Counted from the stretch's first letter, positions 17,507 through 26,048 are shown. The stretch is DNA of 26,995 bases from Gemmatimonadales bacterium (GCA_039794085.1 JBDIWC010000050.1:1-26995); one strand, 5' to 3'. The notes: generated by a model from the sequence alone, not told the origin. Numbers and translations are program-made.

Positions 17507-18645
17507 GACGGCACCTCCTGATTCTCGGGGCTCGCGTATCCCTCCACCGGTTCGTGGCCTCCCTGGTAGTCGCTCGCGTCGGGTCGGCGGATGGCCGACT
17601 GCGCCACCACCCGGTCCCGCCGGAGCCCGCGGAAATCCTCCAGCGATCGCCATCCGCGGTCGGCGTGCCGTTCGAGGAAGGCGTCGAAATCGGCCAGGAG
17701 ACGCTTGATAAGATTGGGACCAACGGCCTGATCGAGCATCGCCGCGGTGCAGACCTGCACGGTGCCGCACCCGAGCAGGAAGTAGCTGAGCGCCTGGTCG
17801 AACCCCGAGATCCCTCCGATTCCGGAGAAGGCGCGGTCGGGAAAGGCCTGGTTGAGACGGGCCATGTTGGCGAGTGACATCGGCAGGATGGCGGGGCCGC
17901 CGAGCCCCCCGCTGGACACGAGTCCATCGACCTGGATTTCGAACTCGAGGGTCTCCGGGTCGATCACCGGGAGCGCGGGAAAGGTGTTGGAGGAAACCAC
18001 CGCATCGGCCCCGCCGCGGAAGCAGGCCGCCGCCTCGACCACCATGTCCCGGGTCGCGGGGGTCAGCTTGGTCCAGACCGGGATCGTCACGGCGGCCTTC
18101 ACCGCCTCGGTGACCACCGAGCAGAGCCCCTGGTCCTTCCCGATGTTGGAGCCCATGTCCTTCCGGTCCATGTGGGGACAGGAGAAGTTGAGCTCGAGCC
18201 CGTCGGCACCGTTCTCCTCGCACACCCGGGCCAGGGTCTGCCAGTTCTCCAGTTCCTTGTCGTTCCCCGAACCCGCCATGATCGACGCGATCAGCACCCG
18301 GTCGGGGAAGGCATCCTTGATCCGACGGATCCGCGGAGCCCACCAGTCCAGGGTCTTGTCGGAGACGAGTTCCCAGTTCCACGAGGAGTGCAGTGCCGCG
18401 GTGCCCTTCGGCCGTTTCCGCATCGAGACCACGGCGCTCTCGACGTCGGTCCGCAGGAACTTGGCCTTGGCTCCCACCACGTTCACCACGGGGTGCAGGC
18501 CGATGGTCTTGGTGACGACTCCGCCCCACCCCGCCTCGAACGCGCGCAGGATGTTGCTCTCGGACTCGGTGGGCGGCGCCGAGGAGAGGAGGAAGGGGTT
18601 GGGGAACCGGATCCCCGTGAAGGTCACTGTTCGGTCCACTGTCAT
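17503..18645 (-). CDS. preA: Dihydropyrimidine dehydrogenase FMN subunit (PreA/PYD1-type), lacking the C-terminal ferredoxin domain
   Basis: NPFLLSSAPPT, AFEAGWGGVVTKT, ELNFSCPH (catalytic Cys), KLTP, SGIGGI and VQVCTA motifs. 380 aa with no CxxCxxCxxxC motif. Confidence 0.9.
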   Translation of the reverse strand: MTVDRTVTFTGIRFPNPFLLSSAPPTESESNILRAFEAGWGGVVTKTIGLHPVVNVVGAKAKFLRTDVESAVVSMRKRPKGTAALHSSWNWELVSDKTLDWWAPRIRRIKDAFPDRVLIASIMAGSGNDKELENWQTLARVCEENGADGLELNFSCPHMDRKDMGSNIGKDQGLCSVVTEAVKAAVTIPVWTKLTPATRDMVVEAAACFRGGADAVVSSNTFPALPVIDPETLEFEIQVDGLVSSGGLGGPAILPMSLANMARLNQAFPDRAFSGIGGISGFDQALSYFLLGCGTVQVCTAAMLDQAVGPNLIKRLLADFDAFLERHADRGWRSLEDFRGLRRDRVVAQSAIRRPDASDYQGGHEPVEGYASPENQEVPS

Positions 18646-18690
18646 CGGAACCGCCTTTCGTTGCCATCATCGGATCATTCCCACCCTCAA

Positions 18691-18813
18691 GGGCGGCCCA
18701 CGGGCCGCCCCTACCGCCTACCGCCGTTTCGTTCCCATCCGACGCTCGGGCGACGCTCGCGCGTCGCCCCTGCCACGTCGTCCCTACCGCCTACCGCCTA
18801 TCGCCTACCGCCT
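18691..18813. repeat. Cluster of GTAG-type REPs and CCTACCG heptamer arrays
   Basis: 18691-18714 reads GTAGGGGCGGCCCGTGGGCCGCCC on the minus strand. A second REP is at 18744-18774. (cctaccg)x2 at 18710-18723 and x4 (one variant) at 18783-18810. Confidence 0.85.
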
Positions 18814-18817
18814 GCGG

Positions 18818-20272
18818 TTACGACATCCAGTTCACCCCGGCCTCGCGGTTCCACTTCGTCGTCATCTTCTTCGACTGGGTCCAGAACTCGATCGACCCGC
18901 GGCCCGTGATGTCGCCCACGCCGAACTTCGATTCGTTCCACCCGCCGAACGAGAACGGCTCTCTCGGCACCGGCACCCCGACGTTCACTCCGACCATCCC
19001 GGCACTGGCCCGCTCCATCACCCGCCGGGCGATCCCCCCGCTTTCGGTGAACACCGACGCCGCGTTCCCGTAGGGCGACGCGTTCTCCACCGCGAGCGCT
19101 TCGTCCACGGTGCCGGTGCGCACGATGGCGAGAACCGGACCGAACACTTCCTCCCGGGCGATCCGCATCCCGGGGGTGACATGGTCGATGATGGTGGGGC
19201 CGAGATAGTATCCCTCTTCCCGACCCGGAACCGTCACGTGGCGGCCGTCGACGAGGACGGTGGCTCCCTCGGCCTCGGCCTCGTCGATATACGCTGTGAT
19301 CCGGGCCTTCGCCTCGGCGGAGATCACCGGGCCGAGATCCCGGCCCGGCACCATCCCCCGGGCCTGCTCCACCATCCGGCGGATGATGTGGTCGGTGTCG
19401 GACACCGCCACCATCACCGAGGCCGCCATGCAGCGCTGGCCGGCGCACCCCGACATCGAGGCCACGATGTTGCTCGACGCCATCTCCACGTCCGCGTCCG
19501 GCATCACGATCAGATGATTCTTGGCGCCACCCAGCGCCAGCATCCGCTTCAGGTGGGAGGTCCCGCGCCGGTAGACGATCTTGGCCACCTTGGTGGACCC
19601 GACGAAGGACACAGCCGCGATGCCGGGATGATCACAGATCGCCTCCACCGCCTCGCGGCCCCCATGCACCACCTGGAGGACGCCGGCGGGGAGCCCGGCC
19701 TCGCGGAGGAGTTCCACGATGCGCCGGGCGCTCAGCGGCACGAATTCCGACGGCTTGAGAATGAGACAGTTGCCCAGGGCGATCGCATTCGGCAGGGACC
19801 AGTTCGGCACCATGTTCGGGAAGTTGAACGGGGTGATGGCGGCCACGACCCCGACCGGGTAGCGCTCGATCCGGCACTCGACCCCCCGGCTCACCTCCAG
19901 CACCTCTCCGGGCGCGATCTGCGGCAGCGAACAGGCAAACTCCGCGAGCTCCGCCGATTTGAGCACCTCGGCCCGGGCCTCACCGGCAATTTTCCCGTTC
20001 TCCTCCGACACCAGCGCGGCGAGCGAATCGAGGTCCCGTTCGAGCAGCGCCTTGTACCGGTAGAACACCTGCACCCGTTCCTTGATCGGAGTGCGGGACC
20101 AGTCAGGGAAGGCGTCCTCCGCGCTCCGGACCGCCCGGTCCACCTCCTCGTGGGACGAGAGAGGAACGCGGGAGATCGCCTCCCCGGTGCCGGGATCGAA
20201 CACGTCAATGGCGGGCAACACATCGTCGACGAAGTGGCCGTCGAGATAGTTCTGGACCGCGGGGTATTTCAT
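18818..20272 (-). CDS. mmsA: CoA-acylating (methyl)malonate-semialdehyde dehydrogenase
   Basis: ITPFNFP, LKPSE, SFVGST, GGAKNH, AGQRCMA, EEVFGP and GMVGVNVGVPVP motifs. The ATG at 20272 follows GGAGG. Confidence 0.93.
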   Translation of the reverse strand: MKYPAVQNYLDGHFVDDVLPAIDVFDPGTGEAISRVPLSSHEEVDRAVRSAEDAFPDWSRTPIKERVQVFYRYKALLERDLDSLAALVSEENGKIAGEARAEVLKSAELAEFACSLPQIAPGEVLEVSRGVECRIERYPVGVVAAITPFNFPNMVPNWSLPNAIALGNCLILKPSEFVPLSARRIVELLREAGLPAGVLQVVHGGREAVEAICDHPGIAAVSFVGSTKVAKIVYRRGTSHLKRMLALGGAKNHLIVMPDADVEMASSNIVASMSGCAGQRCMAASVMVAVSDTDHIIRRMVEQARGMVPGRDLGPVISAEAKARITAYIDEAEAEGATVLVDGRHVTVPGREEGYYLGPTIIDHVTPGMRIAREEVFGPVLAIVRTGTVDEALAVENASPYGNAASVFTESGGIARRVMERASAGMVGVNVGVPVPREPFSFGGWNESKFGVGDITGRGSIEFWTQSKKMTTKWNREAGVNWMS

Positions 20273-20315
20273 CGTTCCTCCAACCGGTCGGGGACCGGCA
20301 CTCCGGGAGGATGGA

Positions 20316-20344
20316 AGTCTAGGGAGCCGGAAGCGGGGGCGCAA
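20316..20344 (-). promoter_or_regulatory. Candidate sigma70-type promoter for the pyrimidine operon
   Basis: On the minus strand, TTGCGC (20344-20339), a 17-nt spacer, then TAGACT (20321-20316), about 44 nt upstream of the mmsA ATG. Confidence 0.5.
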
Positions 20345-20372
20345 ATCACCCCCGTCGACCCGAGGACCGAGT

Positions 20373-20882
20373 CTAGTGGGGTTTGAAATGCTCGAAGGGC
20401 TGGTGACACGCCTCGCAGCGATGGAGCGACTTACAGGCCGTGGAACCGAAAGTGCTCTCCAGGACCGTGTCGGGTGACCCGCAGAAGGGACACGACACCG
20501 CCCGCACGGTCGGCCCGAATCCGAGCGGCGCCACCGGTTCGGCCGGTCCCGGAGCGGGAGGGGCGATGCCGTAGGCTCGGAGCTTCTCCCGGGCCTCGTC
20601 GGTCATCCAGCCGGTGGTCCAGGCCGGCACAAAGACCCGGCGCACCGTGGCTCGGGTGATCCCATGGGCGGCAAGCGTGTCCCGAACCTCCGCCTCGATC
20701 ACCTCCATCGCCGGACACCCGCTGTAGGTGGGGGTGATGTCCACCCGGACGTCGTCCCCCTCCAGAACCACGTCCCGCACCAGCCCCATCTCGACGATGT
20801 CGAGCACCGGCACCTCGGGATCCTTCACCTCCCGCAGGAGTTCCCGGATCCGTTCCGCCGTGATCGCCGGACTCACGGCCAT
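20373..20882 (-). CDS. paaD: Phenylacetyl-CoA epoxidase subunit D
   Basis: VKDPEVP, TPTYSGCPA, AWTTGWM, CPFCGS, FGSTACK and CEACHQPFEHFK motifs. Confidence 0.95.
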   Translation of the reverse strand: MAVSPAITAERIRELLREVKDPEVPVLDIVEMGLVRDVVLEGDDVRVDITPTYSGCPAMEVIEAEVRDTLAAHGITRATVRRVFVPAWTTGWMTDEAREKLRAYGIAPPAPGPAEPVAPLGFGPTVRAVSCPFCGSPDTVLESTFGSTACKSLHRCEACHQPFEHFKPH

Positions 20883-21670
20883 TACCAGCTCGCTCCCGGA
20901 TGCGACCGGGCCAGGATCTGCATCTCCGCCAGCAGGTGGCCCAGATGCTCGGTATGGTCACCCCGCCGCGCGGGTCTCGCCACGACCGGCACCTCGGGCG
21001 CATGCAGGGTGGCGCGAGCCAGAACCTCCCTCACCGTTTCTTCCCACGGCTCCCGGAGCGTGGCCGGATCCGGGGCGACACCCCGCTCCGCGAGGCGCGC
21101 ATCGACCTCGTCGGTCACGAAGAGTTCCCCGGTGAACCGCCAAAGCTCATTCAGGGCCTGCTGGACCCGAGCGTGACTCTCCTCGGTGCCGTCCCCCAGG
21201 CGAGCCACCCAGGTGCTGCTGTGGCGCAAGTGATAGGTGGTCTCCTTCCGCGAGCGTTCCGCAAGCCCCGCCAGCTCGGCGTGGGAACTCTCCCGCAACC
21301 GGCCGAGGTGGTGCCAGCTCCAGACGTCGAAGAGGAATTGCCGCATCATCGTCATCCCGAAATCCCCGCGGGGCAGCTCCACGAGCCGACAGTTCCGGAA
21401 CTCCACCGCCTCCCGGAAATACGCGAGGGCGTCGGCGTCGCGACCCGCACCCTCGACCGTTCCCGCGAGTCCGAGCAGGAGATTGGCCTGCCCCACCAGA
21501 TCCAGGGCGATGTTCGCGAGCGCGATGTCCTCTTCCAGGATGGGGCCGTGACCACACCATTCCGAGAGCCGGTGACCCAGAACCAGGCGGTCATCACCGA
21601 GCCGGAGGAGGAGCTCGAACAGGTCGAGGTCGGGAGACGAACTGCGCGATGAACCCGATGCGGCTGCCAT
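20882..21670 (-). CDS. paaC: Phenylacetyl-CoA epoxidase subunit C
   Basis: LGHRLSEWCGHGPILEEDIALANIALD, RLGDGTEESH, HTEHLGHLLAEMQ and the C-terminal HPGASW. Start refined to the ATG at 21670. Confidence 0.95.
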   Translation of the reverse strand: MAAASGSSRSSSPDLDLFELLLRLGDDRLVLGHRLSEWCGHGPILEEDIALANIALDLVGQANLLLGLAGTVEGAGRDADALAYFREAVEFRNCRLVELPRGDFGMTMMRQFLFDVWSWHHLGRLRESSHAELAGLAERSRKETTYHLRHSSTWVARLGDGTEESHARVQQALNELWRFTGELFVTDEVDARLAERGVAPDPATLREPWEETVREVLARATLHAPEVPVVARPARRGDHTEHLGHLLAEMQILARSHPGASW

Positions 21671-21695
21671 GAGTCTCACTCTTTCCTCGATAAGG

Positions 21696-22214
21696 TCACT
21701 CCCGGAGACGGCCCGGACTCCACATGTCCATCTTGTACAGAAATCCCTCCCACCGAACCCCGGGTAGCGCGGTGGAAAACCCTCGAGCAAGATCGGCGGC
21801 GACGTCCGCGCTGGCCTGGTCGTGCCGAACACCCAGCGTCAGATTCAGCAGATTCTCCGTGGTGACCGGCCCGTTGAAGGCGAAGATCAGCAGGGTGGCC
21901 TCGGGAACCCAATCTCTCCGGTCCAGAAGGGGAAACGTGAGCACGTGGCGACCGGGCTCCAGCCGGGGAGTGACATCCTCCAGCGGATAGATCAGGCCCA
22001 CCCCGGTCCCTCCCACGAACCGGAGGTGCTCGAACACCGCGATCCATGCGGGGGCTTCGAGCAGGATCGTCGCTTCCTCGCGCGTCCCCCGATCGCGGTA
22101 GAGGCGGGGCGCCATGGTTCCCCACGGGCCCAGCGTTTCCCGATGCGCCCCCGTGGAGGCACACCCGGGCAGCATCACCAGAAGGAAGGCCAGATGGATC
22201 AGACGCCGTCGCAT
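21696..22214 (-). CDS. Hypothetical lipoprotein (172 aa) between paaB and paaC
   Basis: ATG at 22214 after GGGAGAGG. Signal peptide and lipobox MRRRLIHLAFLLVMLPG-C. It fills the paaB-paaC gap with 26- and 25-nt spacers. Confidence 0.7.
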   Translation of the reverse strand: MRRRLIHLAFLLVMLPGCASTGAHRETLGPWGTMAPRLYRDRGTREEATILLEAPAWIAVFEHLRFVGGTGVGLIYPLEDVTPRLEPGRHVLTFPLLDRRDWVPEATLLIFAFNGPVTTENLLNLTLGVRHDQASADVAADLARGFSTALPGVRWEGFLYKMDMWSPGRLRE

Positions 22215-22240
22215 GCCTCTCCCACCGGTGGGGCCACGAG

Positions 22241-22552
22241 TCAGAAGACCCGAACACCCCGCGGGACCTTGTAGAACTGCGGATGCCGGTACGGCTTGTC
22301 GTTTCCCGGGTCGAAGAACGGTCCCGCATCTCCCGGCGCCGACGCCGTGATCGCGCTCGACGGGACGACCCACAGACTCACACTTTCACCGCGACGTGTG
22401 TAGACATCCCGCGCATTCTGCAGCGCGCCCTCCGCGTCGGGCGCATGCACGCTGCCGGCATGTTCGTGGGGGCCACCGCCGGGGGGTTGGGAGAACACCT
22501 CCCAGAGGGGCCACTCCTCTCCCGCATGGGCTTGGGTGTCCGAGGGGGTCAT
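22241..22552 (-). CDS. paaB: Phenylacetyl-CoA epoxidase subunit B
   Basis: [26 protein letters not shown] and [10 protein letters not shown] motifs. ATGA overlap with paaA. Confidence 0.96.
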   Translation of the reverse strand: MTPSDTQAHAGEEWPLWEVFSQPPGGGPHEHAGSVHAPDAEGALQNARDVYTRRGESVSLWVVPSSAITASAPGDAGPFFDPGNDKPYRHPQFYKVPRGVRVF

Positions 22553-23526
22553 GCCGCCTCCGTCCGGGTCCGGGTTTCCTGTTTCGCCGCATGGGCCCGG
22601 GCGGCGTCCCGCACCCAGGCGCCCTCAGCGTGCGCCGCGCTCCGTGCGGCGAGGCGTTCCGCATTGCAGGGGCCGTTTCCCTTCACCACCTGCCAGAACT
22701 CCTCCCAGTCGATCGGTCCGATCTGCCAATCGCCGCTCGCCTCGTCCAGTCGCAGGTCGGGGTCGGGCAGGGTGAGTTCCACCGCCTCGGCCTGGGGCAC
22801 GGTCAGGTTCACAAAGCGCTGGCGCAGTTCGTCGTTTGTCTTCCGCTTGACCCGCCACCGGAGCAGCTCCGCCGAGTTCGGGGAGTCGGTGTCGCTCGGC
22901 CCGAACATCATGAGGGAGGGCCACCACCACCGGTTCACGGCATCCTGCACCATCGCGTGCTGGGCCGGCGTCCCCCGGGCCAGCGTCGCCACCATCTCGT
23001 ACCCCTGCCGCTTGTGGAAGTTCTCCTCTTTGCAGATCCGGATCATGGCGCGGGCGTAGGGTCCGTAGGAGGCCTTGGCGAGCACCGTCTGGTTCACGAT
23101 CGCCGCGCCATCCACCAGCCACCCGATCACGCCGATGTCGGCCCAGGAGAGGGTCGGATAATTGAAGATGCTGGAGTACTTGGCCTGACCCGTCAGCAGC
23201 TGGTGGGACAACTCGGCCCGGTCGATCCCGAGAGTCTCGGTACCGCAGTAGATGTACAGACCGTGCCCCGCCTCATCCTGCACCTTGGCCAGGAGCCCCA
23301 GCTTTCTCCGGAGACTCGGCGCCCGGGTGATCCAGTTCCCCTCCGGCAGCATGCCCACCACCTCGGAGTGCGCGTGCTGCGACATCATCCGCACGAGCTG
23401 CTTCCGGTACCGGGCCGGCATCCAGTCCTTCGGCTCGATCGATTCTCCCGCCGCGATCCGAGCCTCGAAGCTCGCGATCTGCTCCGGTGATTCCGCCGCG
23501 GGGGCGTTGGGTGTCTGTCCTGTCAT
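22549..23526 (-). CDS. paaA: Phenylacetyl-CoA epoxidase catalytic di-iron subunit A
   Basis: [38 protein letters not shown] and [13 protein letters not shown] motifs. Confidence 0.97.
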   Translation of the reverse strand: MTGQTPNAPAAESPEQIASFEARIAAGESIEPKDWMPARYRKQLVRMMSQHAHSEVVGMLPEGNWITRAPSLRRKLGLLAKVQDEAGHGLYIYCGTETLGIDRAELSHQLLTGQAKYSSIFNYPTLSWADIGVIGWLVDGAAIVNQTVLAKASYGPYARAMIRICKEENFHKRQGYEMVATLARGTPAQHAMVQDAVNRWWWPSLMMFGPSDTDSPNSAELLRWRVKRKTNDELRQRFVNLTVPQAEAVELTLPDPDLRLDEASGDWQIGPIDWEEFWQVVKGNGPCNAERLAARSAAHAEGAWVRDAARAHAAKQETRTRTEAA

Positions 23527-23712
23527 CAGTACTCCACTCTCAAGGGCTCCGTCAACCCTTTACGTAACACCGTTTTGATCGACTTATCAACCTCACGGGC
23601 CCGCAGGCGGACCGTAACACAGCCAATGCCGTCATTCCCGCGCACCCGGGGGACGACGATTGTCAGGAATTCCCGGGGGGGGGGACAGAGGAGACAGGAA
23701 CAAAAGCCGTCT

Positions 23713-23874
23713 GTCATCCCGAACGGAAGTGAGGGATCTAAGGAGGTTGCAGGTGAACTTCCCACCGTCCGGACTTCGGGGCTCGCCTGCTGTGCCCACA
23801 GGGCCCGGTGAACGCAGCCGACAGGAAGTGCATCCACCAGCCGTCACAGATCCCTCACTTCCGTTCGGGATGAC
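23713..23874. repeat. 162-bp MITE-like element bounded by perfect 27-bp inverted repeats
   Basis: gtcatcccgaacggaagtgagggatct (23713-23739) is the exact reverse complement of 23848-23874, with a 108-bp interior. Confidence 0.88.
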
Positions 23875-24002
23875 GTACCTCATTCCGGACCTCCTTGCTT
23901 CGCGTGCCCAAGGGAACGCGATCACAGACATCGGCGATGACTCCGGCCCCGGTTTACCTTTTCCCCCGGGAAACCACCTTACAAGAACTTCGGGAGCACC
24001 CC

Positions 24003-24767
24003 ATGTCCGACCCCACCCTGTTGACCGCCGGCCGCGTCACCTACCACGTGGAGAAGGGAATTGCCACCATCCAGTTCCACCACCCCAAGAGCAATTCGCT
24101 CCCCGGAGCTCTCCTCCGCGAGCTGGCGCAGACGGTCGACCGGGCTGGTGCAGATCCCGAGGCGCGGGTGGTGGTGCTCCGGAGCGAGGGGGCGGGGGCC
24201 TTCTGCGCCGGTGCGTCCTTCGATGAGCTCAAGGCGATTGCCGATCCCGACACCGGCAAGCGGTTTTTTCTCGGATTTGCCACGCTCATCCTGGCCATGC
24301 GCCGCTGCCCCAAGTTCGTCCTGGCCCGCATCCACGGAAAGGCGGTTGGCGGGGGAGTGGGCGTGGCCGCCGCCGCCGATTACGCGCTCGCCGCGGGGAG
24401 TGCCGCCGTCAAGCTGAGCGAGCTGGCAGTGGGCATCGGGCCGTTCGTGGTGGGTCCGGTGATCGAGAAGAAGATCGGGGCCGCCGCCTTCACCACCCTC
24501 GCGGTCGACGCCACCACCTGGCGGAATGCGGCCTGGGGCCAGCGGCACGGGCTCTTTGCGGAGGTCCACGACACGCCCGAGGCCCTCGACCAGGCGGTGG
24601 ACGCATTGGCCGCCCGTCTGGCGGCGTCCAGTCCGGAGGCGATGGCTCGCATGAAGGCGATGTTCTGGGAGGGCACCGACCACTGGGAGTCGCTGCTCGA
24701 CCAGCGGGCGGCGATCAGCGGGTCCCTCGTCCTGAGCGACGCCGCCCAGCGGGCCATCCGCGGATAG
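24003..24767 (+). CDS. Enoyl-CoA hydratase/isomerase family protein (methylglutaconyl-CoA hydratase-like)
   Basis: FCAGASFDEL, GKAVGGGVG and KLSELAVGIGP motifs. The ATG at 24003 follows GGAG. Divergent from paaA. Confidence 0.88.
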   Translation: MSDPTLLTAGRVTYHVEKGIATIQFHHPKSNSLPGALLRELAQTVDRAGADPEARVVVLRSEGAGAFCAGASFDELKAIADPDTGKRFFLGFATLILAMRRCPKFVLARIHGKAVGGGVGVAAAADYALAAGSAAVKLSELAVGIGPFVVGPVIEKKIGAAAFTTLAVDATTWRNAAWGQRHGLFAEVHDTPEALDQAVDALAARLAASSPEAMARMKAMFWEGTDHWESLLDQRAAISGSLVLSDAAQRAIRG

Positions 24768-24768
24768 C

Positions 24769-25869
24769 CTACCGCGGCACGAACCGGAAGCGCGTCACCC
24801 GCCCCTGAGGGCCCACCGCCCATCCGGCGTCGCGGTCGGCGAAACCGGCGCTCCAGTAGTTCACCGAGTCCATCGCCGCCCACGAGCGACCGTGGTCCTG
24901 TGACCACGCAGCCCCGCCCGGACCCACCGCCACGATCAGCTCCTCGGGACCCGGAACCACCATGGCCCCGAAGATGGTGCCGGGAAAGGGAACCCGTCCT
25001 CCCGGAGTCCAGGTGGCGCCACCATCCTCGGTCCACGCCACCGCGTCCAGGGTCTCCCCGGTCATCGCGAGGTTCCCCCCCACGGCCACGCCGCGGCGCG
25101 TGTCGAGCCAAGCCACCGAGGTGAGCCCCGCCACCGTGGTGTCGTGCACCACCGGTGTTTCCGATACCGTCCACGTCTCACCGCGGTCGTCGGTGCGGAG
25201 CACCCGTGCTGCGAGCCCGCTCGCCCCCGTGGCGATGAACGCCGAGCTGTCACCGAGGGCCAGGACACAGGTGCCGCTGGCGGCGAAGGCCCCCTCGCCC
25301 GGCAGGGCGGGTGGCAGCCGGTCCGCGGCGATCGGCACCCAGGTGGCTCCGCCGTCCGCGGTCCGCAGCACGGGAAAGGCCCCGTCCACCGCGTCACTCA
25401 TCACCAGGCCGGCCGAGGCATCCCAGAAGTCGAGACAATCGAAGAAGGCCCGCGGTTCGGCGTTGGTGAACTGGAGATGCCACGTGGCACCGGCATCGGC
25501 AGTGTGATAGATGCGCGACCGGTCCCCGGGGCCGGCACTCAGGAGCCACGCCACCTCGGCGGATGCTGCGTGGACATCACGGAACTCCAGGGAGTCGGCA
25601 CCCGGCACCACGGCGATCTGCCAGGTGGTACCCCCATCCACGGTGCGCCCGTAGCGCCCCCCGGTGCCGCTGATCCACACCGTCTCCCCATCCACCACGC
25701 TGACCGCCTGGAACCGGGCGGTGACCCCCGTTTCCTGCTCCACCCGCTCGACGGTGAAGTCGGGCGTGGCCGGAGCCGCAGGGGCACACGCCGTCATCAG
25801 GCCGGCGAAGAGGAAGGCGCGGGAGACGGGAAAGCTGCCTGGGATGGTGACGAGGGGCGATCGGTGCAT
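24769..25869 (-). CDS. BNR/Asp-box (YCF48-like) beta-propeller protein, probably exported
   Basis: Repeated Asp-boxes (TVDGGTTW, TADAGATW, TADGGATW, TDDRGETW, TEDGGATW, SQDHGRSW), GEGAFAASG, and a lipobox-like LMTAC. The start is uncertain. Confidence 0.85.
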   Translation of the reverse strand: MHRSPLVTIPGSFPVSRAFLFAGLMTACAPAAPATPDFTVERVEQETGVTARFQAVSVVDGETVWISGTGGRYGRTVDGGTTWQIAVVPGADSLEFRDVHAASAEVAWLLSAGPGDRSRIYHTADAGATWHLQFTNAEPRAFFDCLDFWDASAGLVMSDAVDGAFPVLRTADGGATWVPIAADRLPPALPGEGAFAASGTCVLALGDSSAFIATGASGLAARVLRTDDRGETWTVSETPVVHDTTVAGLTSVAWLDTRRGVAVGGNLAMTGETLDAVAWTEDGGATWTPGGRVPFPGTIFGAMVVPGPEELIVAVGPGGAAWSQDHGRSWAAMDSVNYWSAGFADRDAGWAVGPQGRVTRFRFVPR

Positions 25870-25941
25870 GGGACTCACGGGATGAAGGGTCAGGAAAGAG
25901 GTGATCTCACACCGCCGGAATGCCACCGGCGGATCGGAAGA

Positions 25942-26025
25942 CCGTCATGGCGAGGGCCGAAGGCCCGCGGCAATCTCGTGAGCCGGCAGTGACCCGCACG
26001 ACATGCGGCCGGCCTTCCTGCCGGA
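25942..26025. repeat. Dispersed ~85-bp repeat, copy 2
   Basis: Two-block match to 12086-12172. It lies just downstream of the Uma2 stop. Confidence 0.85.
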
Positions 26026-26048
26026 GCCCCTCCTCTCGGGCTGTAGAC

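Noticed and set aside
16112..18670. 852-aa ORF suggesting an extended aminotransferase
   Set aside because: The upstream part overlaps preA in another frame. The ATGA coupling at 17503-17506 gives the real start.
17852..20386. 844-aa plus-strand ORF antisense to preA and mmsA
   Set aside because: Antisense shadow over two well-supported genes. It also reads through a repeat cluster.
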